DNA from: Marsupella aquatica
Lineage: Eukaryota; Plantae; Marchantiophyta
Reading direction: 5' to 3'
Assembly (NCBI GenBank): GCA_973895155.1
Contig: OZ316899.1
Span: 12,306,834 to 12,370,833, forward strand
Length of the DNA stretch: 64,000 nucleotides
The position numbers and the translations under genes are program-made. The notes beneath the pieces are model-generated. The model worked only from the letters and a program-made list of their open reading frames with translations. It did not search any database and was not told where the DNA came from. The number at the start of each line of letters is the position of its first letter. Within the stretch, counting starts at the first letter, position 1. Below, one piece after another: positions 25,050-36,081 of this stretch.

Positions 25050-25312
25050 CTCTTGTCGTAGGTGAGACACATAGTCCTGAAACAATATAGCTTATCCGAC
25101 CTTGACACCGGTTTGGATAGTCTGCAATACAGGGGGAAATGCCTCTTGTTGTCACTATTGTTACTATCCAAACCCTACTTCCTTAACGACAATCTTCACT
25201 GAGCATTCCACAAGGACTGACTTATCAGAATGGGAAAAGAATGTTGCACATCAACGCGGTTCTACTTGCGAGAGTGCACGCCATGTATCTGAGTAATGTT
25301 CTCCCCCCTCCC
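25050..25312 (-). repeat. Putative PPT (25299-25312) and start of 3' LTR of element E
   Basis: Minus strand GGGAGGGGGGAGAA lies just downstream of the extra ORF. The following bases read CATTAC rather than TG.., so the LTR call is tentative. Confidence 0.45.
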
Positions 25313-25399
25313 ACTTCAGTCTGGGGGGTTTAAATATTATACTTTACAATTGTCCTAAGAATGGGGCAATGGCCACCTTGATCCTAACAAACTATCTCC

Positions 25400-27480
25400 T
25401 CTTCCTAACGTAGAGCTATTTGCCGCTCCTACAATCTTCTTCTCACGCAGGCGGCCGCCCTAATTCTCTTTCATGCACGGCCTCCCACTCAACTGCCTCT
25501 ACATCTCTTGCCGCCACTACATTAATTTGACAACAAGCCTAGTGCTGGCAACGCAACTCATTCCACTGCCTTAGGCGTCATTCTTCCCTCTCCCCCGGCG
25601 TCTCGCCCGCGATCACCCACCAGTTGTGGTATTCTTTGTAAACGTTAGTTTCCCACTCCTCTTCCAGCTCGATTTCTTCATCCATAGTGTCAGGATTGGG
25701 TTGGTATACCATTATGTACGCCCGGGTGGGCGCTGGTGGTCCGTCACATCTAATTATGGGGTCTTCCCCCTTCAAGAACTCAATATCTATTAATAGATTG
25801 TACATCCGTGTGGCTGCTGGTCCCGCCCAGCTAAACAGCTTCCACATAATCATCCCTTTACACTTCATCTCTCCATTAAGACCCGCATCGACCTCGCCTG
25901 CTCATTTGGATTGATCCACTACCTCAATTAAGGAACTTGCAAAACATTACCACCGAAAGTAGCAGGGATCCACAAGTGACTGCCCGAAAGGGTATCGGCG
26001 TGTAAGAGCATTTATCCACCGCCAGAGTTGAGCTAGAAGACTTGATGGAGGGTTGTCTTCATGCTAGGGCAGTCTCATCCAAACTCGGGGGTCATGCTGC
26101 CACATTGAATGATATATAGCTATAGGGTTGGTCTCCAAGTGTAGACCAAACCCGTCATCATCTACAAGGTCTCGGAAGAACTGGTGCGGCGTCCGGAAGG
26201 CTATAGGTCCAAAATAATTTCCTAATCTATGATTATGTACACTCGCTTCTAACCACCTAATTATATTCTCCATAGGGGTTACCCTTTCCCAAAATGATGT
26301 CTTCTCCCAAATACCCACACGTAAATCACTCGGATCGAAGGGAAACTCGTCGGTTTGGATAGTATCCCTTGCACAGGCCATTGCGGCCGGATCCCTTCCT
26401 AGCGAATAAAAGTGGGTCATGACAATGTGACTAAATTGGGGTATATAGGACAGGAAGGTCTACAAAGCTCATTCATTCATTGGATACTATAAGATGGGAG
26501 GTGTAGTGGGGATTGAAGATAACCTGCATCCCGTTCCTCTCTGTATTGTGCCACCCTGTCGTCTGGAGAAGAGTAACCAGGCGAGGGAGTGTATACTTCC
26601 CACAATTGGTTTGGATCTCCCTTGCCGCCCAGGACTGCATTACTACCTCTACTAAATTGAAGACTTTCCTATGTAATGCTAAACTATAGAACCAGTGAAG
26701 CTTTCGTACCGAACAGTCGGGATGCGTGGTGTTTGCATCTGCCATGAGTGCTATGTAATGAGGGTGGCCAGCGTGCTCTCTCTCTAGTTTGGATAGCAAG
26801 CTTTGCGTAACTCTGCTATTGGCCCTCCCTCCTAATCTAAAGTATAAGTCTTCGGGGTGGGTGAACTTTATGGCTCCTGACCACTCAAAGAACGACAACA
26901 TAAACCTAATCCAAACCGGGATGTCATACCATATCCGGTCACAATCATTTGGACGAATGGCCCTCTTATTAACTCCGGCTGCCGCCAAAATAATACGAAG
27001 GGTTTCTAAACCCATAGCTTCATCAATCTTGACAGCATTCTGAGATGCTATCCTCTGCCCCGTGAATATCTTCCACAAGTTCACGCTCACCTTTTTGAGT
27101 TGTTCCAGCTTCCTCTTGTGCACCGGATCTGCTAGTGCCTCCTTCAACAATTTAGCCGTCGTGGCAGCTTTGTCTCTCAAACTCTGTACTTCCAGATCCC
27201 AGGCCTCATAGGTGTCCTTTGGAATCCAAACCACCTTACTGCATTGCTAGATGAGCTCCTTACCAGCGATGTCTTGCAGCCATTTTGTCCTCTCTCTTTC
27301 TCTCCTTCCTTCTTCTTTCTCCAACGCAGCAACGTATGCCTATTTCTCCTCTAGTTGCTCTTGTAGCCTGCAATTTGTTTTCTCCGCTTCTTGGAGCCTC
27401 TTCTCCCACTCCAAAGCCCCAGTCTGGCTGATGCCTCTTTCTCAGCAAGCACTTTTGTTGTCTTCCCTTGCACAGCCGGC
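25400..27480 (-). pseudogene. Duplicated C-terminal half of the element-E extra ORF
   Basis: ORFs 26473..27234, 26064..26420 and 25578..25868 match 28921..29376, 28444..28641 and 27766..28143. Confidence 0.85.
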
Positions 27481-27482
27481 TA

Positions 27483-27559
27483 GTCGGACAGTCGGATTGT
27501 CGGACAGTCGGATTGTCGGACAGTCGGATTGTCGGATAGTCGGATTGTCAGACAGTCGG
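27483..27559 (+). repeat. 16-bp minisatellite (GTCGGACAGTCGGATT) x about 5 at the duplication junction
   Basis: Directly visible. Confidence 0.95.
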
Positions 27560-27639
27560 TTTAAATACTTTACAATCGGTCCTAAGAATGGGGCAATGGC
27601 CACCTTGATCCTAAACAACTATTTCTTCTTTCTAACCTA

Positions 27640-30600
27640 GTTCTACTCGCCAATCCTTCAATCTTCTCTTCAAGCAGGCGACGGCCCTAATCCTCTCTCA
27701 TGTGTGGCCTCCCACTCGACTGCCTCTGCATCTCTTGCCGCCAATGCATCAATTTGATGGCGAGCCTAGCGCTGGTGACGCAACTCATTCCGCTGCCTTA
27801 GGCGTCGTTCTTCCCTTTCCCCCGGCGTCTTGCCCGCGATCACCCACCACCTGTGGTACTCTTTGAAAACATTAGTCTCCCATTCCTCCTCCAGCTTGAT
27901 ATCTTTGTCCACGGTGTCAGGGTTGGGTTGGTATACCATGATGTACACCCGAGTGGGCGCTGGTGGTCCTTCGCATCTAATTATGGGGTCCTCCCCTTTC
28001 AAGAACTCAACGTCTATCAATAAATTGTACATCCGCACAGCTGCTGGTCTCGCCCGACTAAACAACTTCCACATAATCATACCTTTACATTGCATTTCCC
28101 CATTAAACATGTCAACCTCGCCTGCTTGTCCGGATTGATCCACTACCTCAATTAAAGAACACGCAAAACAGTACCACCAAAAGTAGCGGGGGTTTGCATG
28201 TGAATGCCCAGAAGGATATCAACATGTCAGGGCATTTATCCATTGCTTGAGTTGAGCCAGAAGGCTTAATGGTGGATCGTCCTCATGCTGGGGCAGTCGC
28301 ATCCAAACCCGGGGATCATGCTGCCATGTCGAGTGATATACAGCTATAGGATTGGTCTAAGTATAGACCAAACATGTCCTCATCTACAAGTTCCTGGAAG
28401 AACTCGTGTGGAGTCTAGAAGGCCGCAGGTCCAAAGTAATTTCCTAATCTATAATATGTACACTTGTTTCTAGCCATCTAATTACATTCTCCGTAGGGGT
28501 TACCCTTTCCCAAAATGATGTCTTCTCCCAAATACCCACACGTAAATCAGCCGGATCAAAGGGAAACTTGTCAGTTCGGATAGTATCCACTGCACAGGCC
28601 ACTGCGGCCGGATCCCTACCTAGCGAATAGAAGTGAGTCACGAAAAGGTGACTGAACTAGGGTAAGACAGGAAGGTCTATGAAGCTCATCCACTCATTGG
28701 ATACTATAAGGTGGGAGGTGAAGTAGGGACTGAAGATAACCCGCCTCCCATTCCTCTCTATATTGTGCCATCCTGCCGTTTGGAGAAAAGTAACCAGACA
28801 AGGGAGTGTATACTTCCCACAGTTGGTTTGGATCTCCCTTGTCGCCCAAGACTTCATAATTATTTCTACTAAATCAAAGACTTTCCCATGTAATGCTAAA
28901 CTATAGAACCAATGAAGCTTCTATGCCGGACAATCGGGTTGCATGGTGTTTGCATCCGCCATCAGCGCTATGTAATGAGGGTGGCCAGCGTGCTCTCTCT
29001 CTAGTTTGGATAGCAAGATTTGTGTGACTCTGCTGTTGGTCCCCCTTCCTAATCTAAAGTACAAGTCTTTGGGTTGGGTGAACCTTATAGCTCCTGACCA
29101 CTTGAAGAACGACAACATAAACCTGATCCGGACCGGGATGTCATACCATACTTGCTCACAATCGTCCGGATGAATGGCCCTCTTGTTAATCCCTACTGCA
29201 GCTAAAATAATACAAAGGGTTTCTAAACCCATAGCTTCATCAATCTCAATAGCATTTTGGGATGCTATCTTCTGTCCTGTGAATATTTTCCATGAGTTCA
29301 CGCTCACCTTCTTAAGTTGTTCCAGCTTTCTCTTATGCACCGGATCTGCTAGTGCTTCTTTAAACAATTTAGCCACGTACCATGGCAGCTTTGTCTCTCA
29401 AGCTTTGTACTTCCAAATCCCAGGCCTTGTAGGTGTCCTTCGGGATCCAAACCGCCTTAATGCATTGTTGGATGAGCTCCTTACCAGCTACATTTTGCAG
29501 CCATCTTGTCCTCTCCCTCTCTCTTCTTTCTTCTTCTTTTTCTAACGTAGCAACGTATGCCTGCTTCTCTTCTAATTGCCCTTGTAGCTCACAATTTATT
29601 TTCTCCGCTTCTTGGAGCTTCTTCTCACACTCCAAAGCCCCCAGTCTGGCTGACGCCTCCTTCTTGGCGAGTACTTTTGCAGCTTTCCCTTGCGCAGCCA
29701 GCTGGTCAGACAATCGGATTGCCAACTGTTCTCCTTCTCCTACCCTTTGCTCCAACCCTTCAATTTCTCTCTGCAGCTCGTCGGCCTTCTATTGGGATAC
29801 AAAGCCACAATGCATGTTGGGCGGTCACCTCCTTCAACTCTTCACAGAGTTTCCGCCGGATGCTCTATTCATGTCGTAGCTACTGGCCCATTTGCTCGAG
29901 GGTTGCTTTTGTCTTCCGGACCTCAGTTTGTAGGTCCGCCTCCCCTTCTTTAGAGGTGGCCATGCGGTGGCCCCATTCTTCCTCCTTATCGGCCAGTAGC
30001 TTTTGCAGCTTCTCTCTCTTGTTGGGCCCTTCCTAGCTTGATCTTTAGAGCTTGTGTCCTAACCTCTCTGTCCGGACCTCCTCCTGGGCCTGCTGTAGGG
30101 TTGTGGTTGCTTCTTCATATTTCTGCCTCTCCTGATCCAGTAATCCTTTTGTTTCTGTCATCTACTTCATATATCATAATTTTGTTGGACGCGGATTTCT
30201 TCTGTACTTTCTCGAGGAGTTGTGCAACCTTCTCTTCCAATTTGCTCATCTTCTCTGTGTTACGAGTCTTGCCCTCAAACTCCACGACTATTATCCTTGC
30301 CATTGTCTTGGCCTCTTTCAAATCCCTCAACCAGTAGCGTAGGTCCTTGGTGTTGGGGACTGGCTTCCCGATAAAAGCCAGGCGTTGAGCAAAAGTCTTC
30401 AATATATTCTGCCAGGTTGGTAGTGTCTGGGAGTTTAGATAGCGAGGGTTGTTGGAAGGTGGCTTCCCTCCTTTCTTCTTCTTCTTCTTCTTCTTCATCT
30501 GGGAGATTCACCGCCCTCCTCTTTCTCTTGAGGCTCTTACGACATTGTTCGGCTTGCTCGCTCAGGTTCCGGAGGTCCTCTACTCCTCCTTTGCTTCCTG

Positions 30601-31139
30601 CATCCAAATTTAGGGGTGCTTCCCCCTCTTCTTCCTCTTCATCGTCCTCATCGTCCTCCTTGTTGTACTTCGGTGAATCTACATTGACATTGGCTGTGGA
30701 TCCCAACGCTGTCCCAACCTGCGGTATCCCCGGGGCCTCTACTCGATCCTCTGGCTCTGATTCATCTGAGTCTGAATTGTCCTGTGGAGCCCTACTGATT
30801 GTCTCCTTGACACCAAACACATTGTGCACTATAACTCCCAACTGATATGCTAATAGCGATGGGAACTTTGGACAGCCCTTTGAATTGATCATAGCGGATA
30901 CACTTGCCTTCCATAACTAAAGTGGGTGGAGGCATCCCACAAACAGAGCTCTTGCGATGGCAATTTTTGGAAAGGTGGCATGATGGTATCCACTCTTAAC
31001 CATCACCCACTTGATGCAAAATTCTATAAAGTTCTGATACTCCTTGTGCTGGATGGCCCCATAGTGCATGTTTTTGCGGTTTATCCGGACCTCCGTCTGT
31101 TGCAAGAAGGCCGCCACACCCTCTTTCTTGATTGGGTCT
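27640..31139 (-). pseudogene. Element-E extra ORF (>1100 codons, N-terminus lost): globular domain, acidic linker, coiled coil, unknown domain of about 600 aa
   Basis: Consecutive minus-strand ORF fragments from 30917..31139 through 27766..28143, separated by stops and frameshifts. Confidence 0.75.
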
Positions 31140-34100
31140 TGTGGTGCGTCCCATGGCTCCCCAAACCCAAGAAACCCCCCCCGCACAAGCCAATTCCCGC
31201 AGGTTTCGTCCTTGACGAGGCCATTAGCGGCATGGGACGCTGCTAATCTCCTCTACTACTACTATTAACATTTTACACACATATACTGGACAGATCCTTC
31301 ATCGGGTCATGAGATACTTAGCCGACCTATTCTAGGCCCTCCCTTGTATTCCTCTCCTGGTCTTCCATTAGGTATGTTTGGATTCGCCGCCAGAATGATC
31401 CCCAATTGGCTTGGTTAAGCCGCTAAGACCTCTCTCAACTCGACACATCCAACTCTCACTCCCTTGCTACTTCCCTTCATTGATGTGGGCACTCTTCACA
31501 CAAGTTAATGCGACACACAAATAGGAAAATGACTCCTTCTGACCGAGTTATACCATGCACTTGCCATACAAACAGTACATCTCATACACAAGCTCTGCGA
31601 ACTAAGCCGTGAGGCCAACTCTATTCAGTTCTTAGGCATGAGGAAACATGAATATACACAAGGGTCACTATATAACTAACCGAGAGCTTCTCTTACTACT
31701 TGATCCCAGCCCTGCTAGTGCAACTAAAAACTTGCTAAAGAAGAGGCCCTGAACTCCCCGCAGCCCAGGTACTTATCCTGGTTGTGGATCCGCCTGATTC
31801 CTTGCAGCGTAAGCCTGATCTACTTATCTATAATCTACCTAACTGTAATCTACCTATGTACAGCGAGGCAGGAGCACAAGTGTCGCCCTTACTTGTGGAT
31901 CCGCAATCCCACTAATCTAAGTGTCAGGGCCGTCTCCTGGTCCTGATCCTTAGTCTAAACTTGGAGATCAACGCCCACCCTGCCCACTCATGCCTCCTAC
32001 CTCCACGTCTACCCTCCCTAAAAGGGATGGCTCCCTTACACCGTCACAACCCCGGTGGCTGGTCCTCAATGGACGCCCCCAATGCTTCCTCCGCAGCCAC
32101 TGCCGTTGGTCCGTCCTCTGACAGATTACCTACCCCGGACCGAGTCAACTCTTCATCGGCGTGACTGGGTCCACATTCGGCTTCGGTCTCAGCATTGGCC
32201 ACGGCCTCCCCGGCATGTTCTAGTGGAGGATCTGGTACCTCGGCTTCATTACTGGTTGTCCCGGCCTTGGACTTGCATCCCCACTTCCTAGGACTGGTGG
32301 ATCCACCGCCTTGTCGATGCCGGAGGTTGGTGCCGGGTTTATCTTCTTGGTCACAATGGCTTGAGAAGCCGTATAACTCCCAGACCCAAAAGGTTTCCGC
32401 TTCTTCTTCTTCCCTATTTCGACAACTGGTCCCTTCCCCTTGCTGCCTACCTCCGGCACCGGGGCGTGTGTCTCGGCTTGTCTTTCGGCCAGTACCCCTC
32501 CTGGTAACGGAGTTCCCACAATTGGAGTTGGACCAGATGAAGCTAAGCACTTAAATACTGCGGCCTGTTTCTTCAGCCGCTCCGTTTGGTTGTCGGCCCG
32601 CCGTTGTAAGTTCTCCATCTTCCTGGTGGTTTCTTCCAACTCCTCCTGGGCTTCCTCCAGGTCCTTCCGTCCCTCCTGCAGCTCCTTTTTGGCTTCTTCC
32701 AATTCCAATTTTAAGGTAGCCCTCTCCTCCTGGGTTGCTCTTAGCTCCTTGTCGAGCTCTGCTACAACCTCAGACTCCATCTTATTCATCTTGGCATAAG
32801 TCTGGTCGAGTTGGTCGTCCTTTTCACGCAGGTCGGCCTTGAAGCTGGCCGTCAGGGATGCAAGCTCCTGCTGCAGCGCAATAATCCCTTGATAGGATTT
32901 CCCTAACTCAGCTTCCTTCTGTTCAAGGGCTCCGCGGATATCTTCGAGCTCTCCTTTCAACACCCTCTCCCTTCTCTGAGTCTCCGCCATGGCCTGGTTG
33001 TTGGCGGTTATGTGGACCTCCTCTGCGTCCCTCAGCCCCTGCTTCCACTTTTCCCTGTCCTTGACCGCGTTGGCCAACTCTCCTTGGGTCCGAGTCAGTT
33101 TATCCTTGATAATCTGATTGCCAGACTGAGCGGCATCCAATTGTCCTTGCATGATGTTTAGCTCATGCCGCTTAATCCGCAGCTCATCTTGGGCTTTCTT
33201 GGCCGCCTGCAGGACTTCCACCTTGGCTTCCTTCTCCCTAAGCCGCCAGATGACCTCGTCCTTCTTGCTTCTCTCCAAAGCCACCGCTTCTTCTAATCGG
33301 TGCTTCTCCAACATCTCCCTCTGGAAAAAAGGTCCCTGCTCCAACTCCTCTCCAAAGATGCTGAGCGCCAGGTCCCCACACATCTCCCCGTACTCCATGG
33401 CTCTATCTTTAGCATAGGTGGAGTAAGTAGAAGTCATTGGCATCAACCACCTCGACCTCTGTTCCCAAGCCGCCTTGCAGATTTCTTCTACGGTGGCAAG
33501 AGGGTTGCTTCTTTTTTTGGCAAGCCGCCTGATGTCCTCCGGCCAATCTCCTCCTGGTAAATCTTTCTCCCTAGCCAGGGCTGCTTTCACTTCCTCCCTA
33601 AGTTGCTCCTGAAATTCTTGTGCCGTCTGCTTTATGCCGTCAAAGCTCGGGGGAGCAACCTCTGGTGGGGGAGACTTGGGGCTACTCTGCTGGGTGGGGT
33701 CCCCTCGAACTACACTTGGAAGCATGGGGATAAACCGGCCACAGGTCCTTACTCTTGGAACATGATGATCCGACCCATAGCCGGAGTTATCATTGCTGTA
33801 GTCCTCCACCGCCTCCTCCACTGCTTGGACTCCCGGCTTCCCCCTCTATTCCCCTGGTCCTGCCGTGAAAACGGCCTCACAGATCATGGGCTCTTGTTCT
33901 TCCTCTGGGTTCCAGGTTGTCCTCTCCCTCTGCTCTCCGCGGGAAGGAGCCTTAGGCTGCTCTGCCTCCGATTCGGGGCTTGAGGCTCCCACATACATTT
34001 GCACTCCCGGCTTGTGTTCCGGCCTCCTTCTCTCCTTGGCTCCGGTAAAGGGGTTTTCCCTCCTGAGTCGGCTTAGGCCGGCCTCTAGGGCAGTGTCCTG

Positions 34101-35080
34101 TACCGGTGTCGTTGTCATTGCTGGTGCCGTTCTCTCCTTCTCCAGCAGTTTCAGTAGATTCTACATGCCTGATTGCTGCATCGGCAAGTCTTCTTTCCTT
34201 GGCCGAAACACCTGCTCGATCGTAGGACTGGCAGGCTGGTTGGGCTCTTCTGTTGCCGGCCTCTGCTCCGGAACCTCCTCTGGTGCCCTTGCCGATAGGG
34301 GAAGTACTGGGGCAAAGATTTGACTTTTGGCATATCGGCACAACAGCGGCATGTGATAGCCAAGCCGAGACACGCTTCCCACGCCGATCACCTGCTGTTC
34401 CTCCTTCAAGATCTTCTTCAGTTGGTTGAGGAGGTACCCGTTGTAATCCCGGCTTGGGTCTGGCCTTTCTGCCAGGTAGACTTGAGCCTTGCCGATCTCT
34501 GCCCTTGGCAAGTTACAATGCATGGTCACCCGCAAGAAATCGATCATCTCTCCGATGTGTGGGTTGGTGTAGGTGTTCCGAAAGAAGCCATTCTTTGTTG
34601 ATGGTCTTGGGAACGACCGGAACTCCTTGTCAGGTAAGGTCTTCCTGGTATCAACCTTGGTCTTATTACCCATCGGCAAGCCAAACACCTTGGCAATCAC
34701 CCGGGGAGTGAGATAGAAATCCTTCCCATACACCCTCGTGGAATTGGTCTCGGGTTCCCATGATCCCATGAATTCTAATAAGTCTGAGTCTGGCACCTCC
34801 GGCTTCAGCCATGGTAATCTTACAAAGGTTTCCAAGCCGGATCCGGCCATGAAGCCCTGGTACTTCTTGGTTTGCATGGCCGTAAAGCATGCATCCTCCT
34901 CCCGTGCAAAATGTAATTGCACTTCCTCTGGTAGGGTCGCCGCCCAGCCTTTCCAGGTGTCATCCCTTGTTGGAATGGCATTGATGGGATCGACCTCCTC
35001 CTCTTTGGCTTCTCCTTGCCTCCTGTTCTGCTGCTCTGCTGGTTTCCTTGGTGCCGCCGACCTCGTTCTTTTTGCCGGGG
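31140..35080 (-). mobile_element. Family A unit, 5'-truncated
   Basis: Terminus TGTGGTGCG at 31140; 533-aa coiled-coil ORF 32220..33821; no second terminus or TSD. Confidence 0.92.
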
Positions 35081-35888
35081 TGGGTCCCAACGTCGGCCTA
35101 AAGATCTGCGCTATTGTGGGGTTGTTGGGCAGTTTGGGCTTCCTTACTGCCGGCCTCGGCTCCAACTCCTCTTCCGGCACCCATGCCTTTAGAGGGAGTA
35201 ATGGCGCAAAGATCTGACTCCGGGCATACCGACACAACAGCGGCATGTGATAACCAATCTGGGACGCACTCCCCTGGCTTATCACTTGTTGTTTCTCCTT
35301 TAGTATTTTCTTCAGTTGGTTAAGGAGGTACCCGTTGTAGTCCCGGCTTGGGTCTGGCCTCTCTGGCAGGTAAACCTGTGCTTTGTCGATCTCCGGCCTT
35401 GGTAGGTTGCAATGCATTGTCACCTACAAGAAATTGATCATTTCTCCAATGTGCGGGTTGGTGCAGGTATTTTGGAAGAAGCCGTTCTTTGTTGATGGCC
35501 CGGGGAACGATCTAAACTCCTTGTTCGGTAAGTTCTTCCGGGTTTCTACCTTGGTCTTGTTGCCCATTGGCAAGCCAAATACTTTGGGAATCACATTGGG
35601 AGTGAGATAGAAGTCCCTCCCATAGATCTTGGTTGAGCTGGAGTTGTGGTCCCATGATCCCACGAATTCTAGCAAGTTTGAGTCCGGCACCTCCGGCTTC
35701 AGCCACAACAATCTAACAAAGTTCTCCAAGCCCGATCCGGCCATGAAGCCTTGATACTTTTTGGTCTGCATGGCTGTAAAGTATGCATCCTCATCTTGTG
35801 CAAAATGCAATTGTATTGCCTGCGGTATTATTGTTGCCCAACCCTTCCATGTGTTGTCTCTAGTAGGGATGGCATTGACTGGGTCAAG
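35081..35888 (-). pseudogene. Family A' ORF fragment fused in frame to the A ORF
   Basis: Closer to 1-200 and 1510-1690 than to the A copies; junction at CCGGGGTGG. Confidence 0.8.
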
Positions 35889-36081
35889 AGTAAAACTAGA
35901 TCTCCTGTCTAGATACTAACTGATTTCAGCTTTTTGTCGTATTGTTGCTTCATGGTGTTCTGCCTATGTTCTACTCTTTATGCTGAAATCATTCTTTCGT
36001 CTTCTAAGGCCTCTAATTTATATTCTTGCTCTCTTAGAGTTTCTTCCTGTGACAATCTCTCCTTAATTGTAACTTGAAATG

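Larger units (their letters stand above)
25327..29720. repeat. Diverged tandem duplication of about 2.2 kb (25327-27500 and 27557-29720)
   Basis: Both units start GGTTTAAATA..CTTTACAAT..GTCCTAAGAATGGGGCAATGG and encode the same peptides. Confidence 0.93.

Noticed and set aside
27483-27559. CRISPR-like arrays (also 4171-4281)
   Set aside because: Head-to-tail repeats without unique spacers, no cas genes, eukaryotic context.
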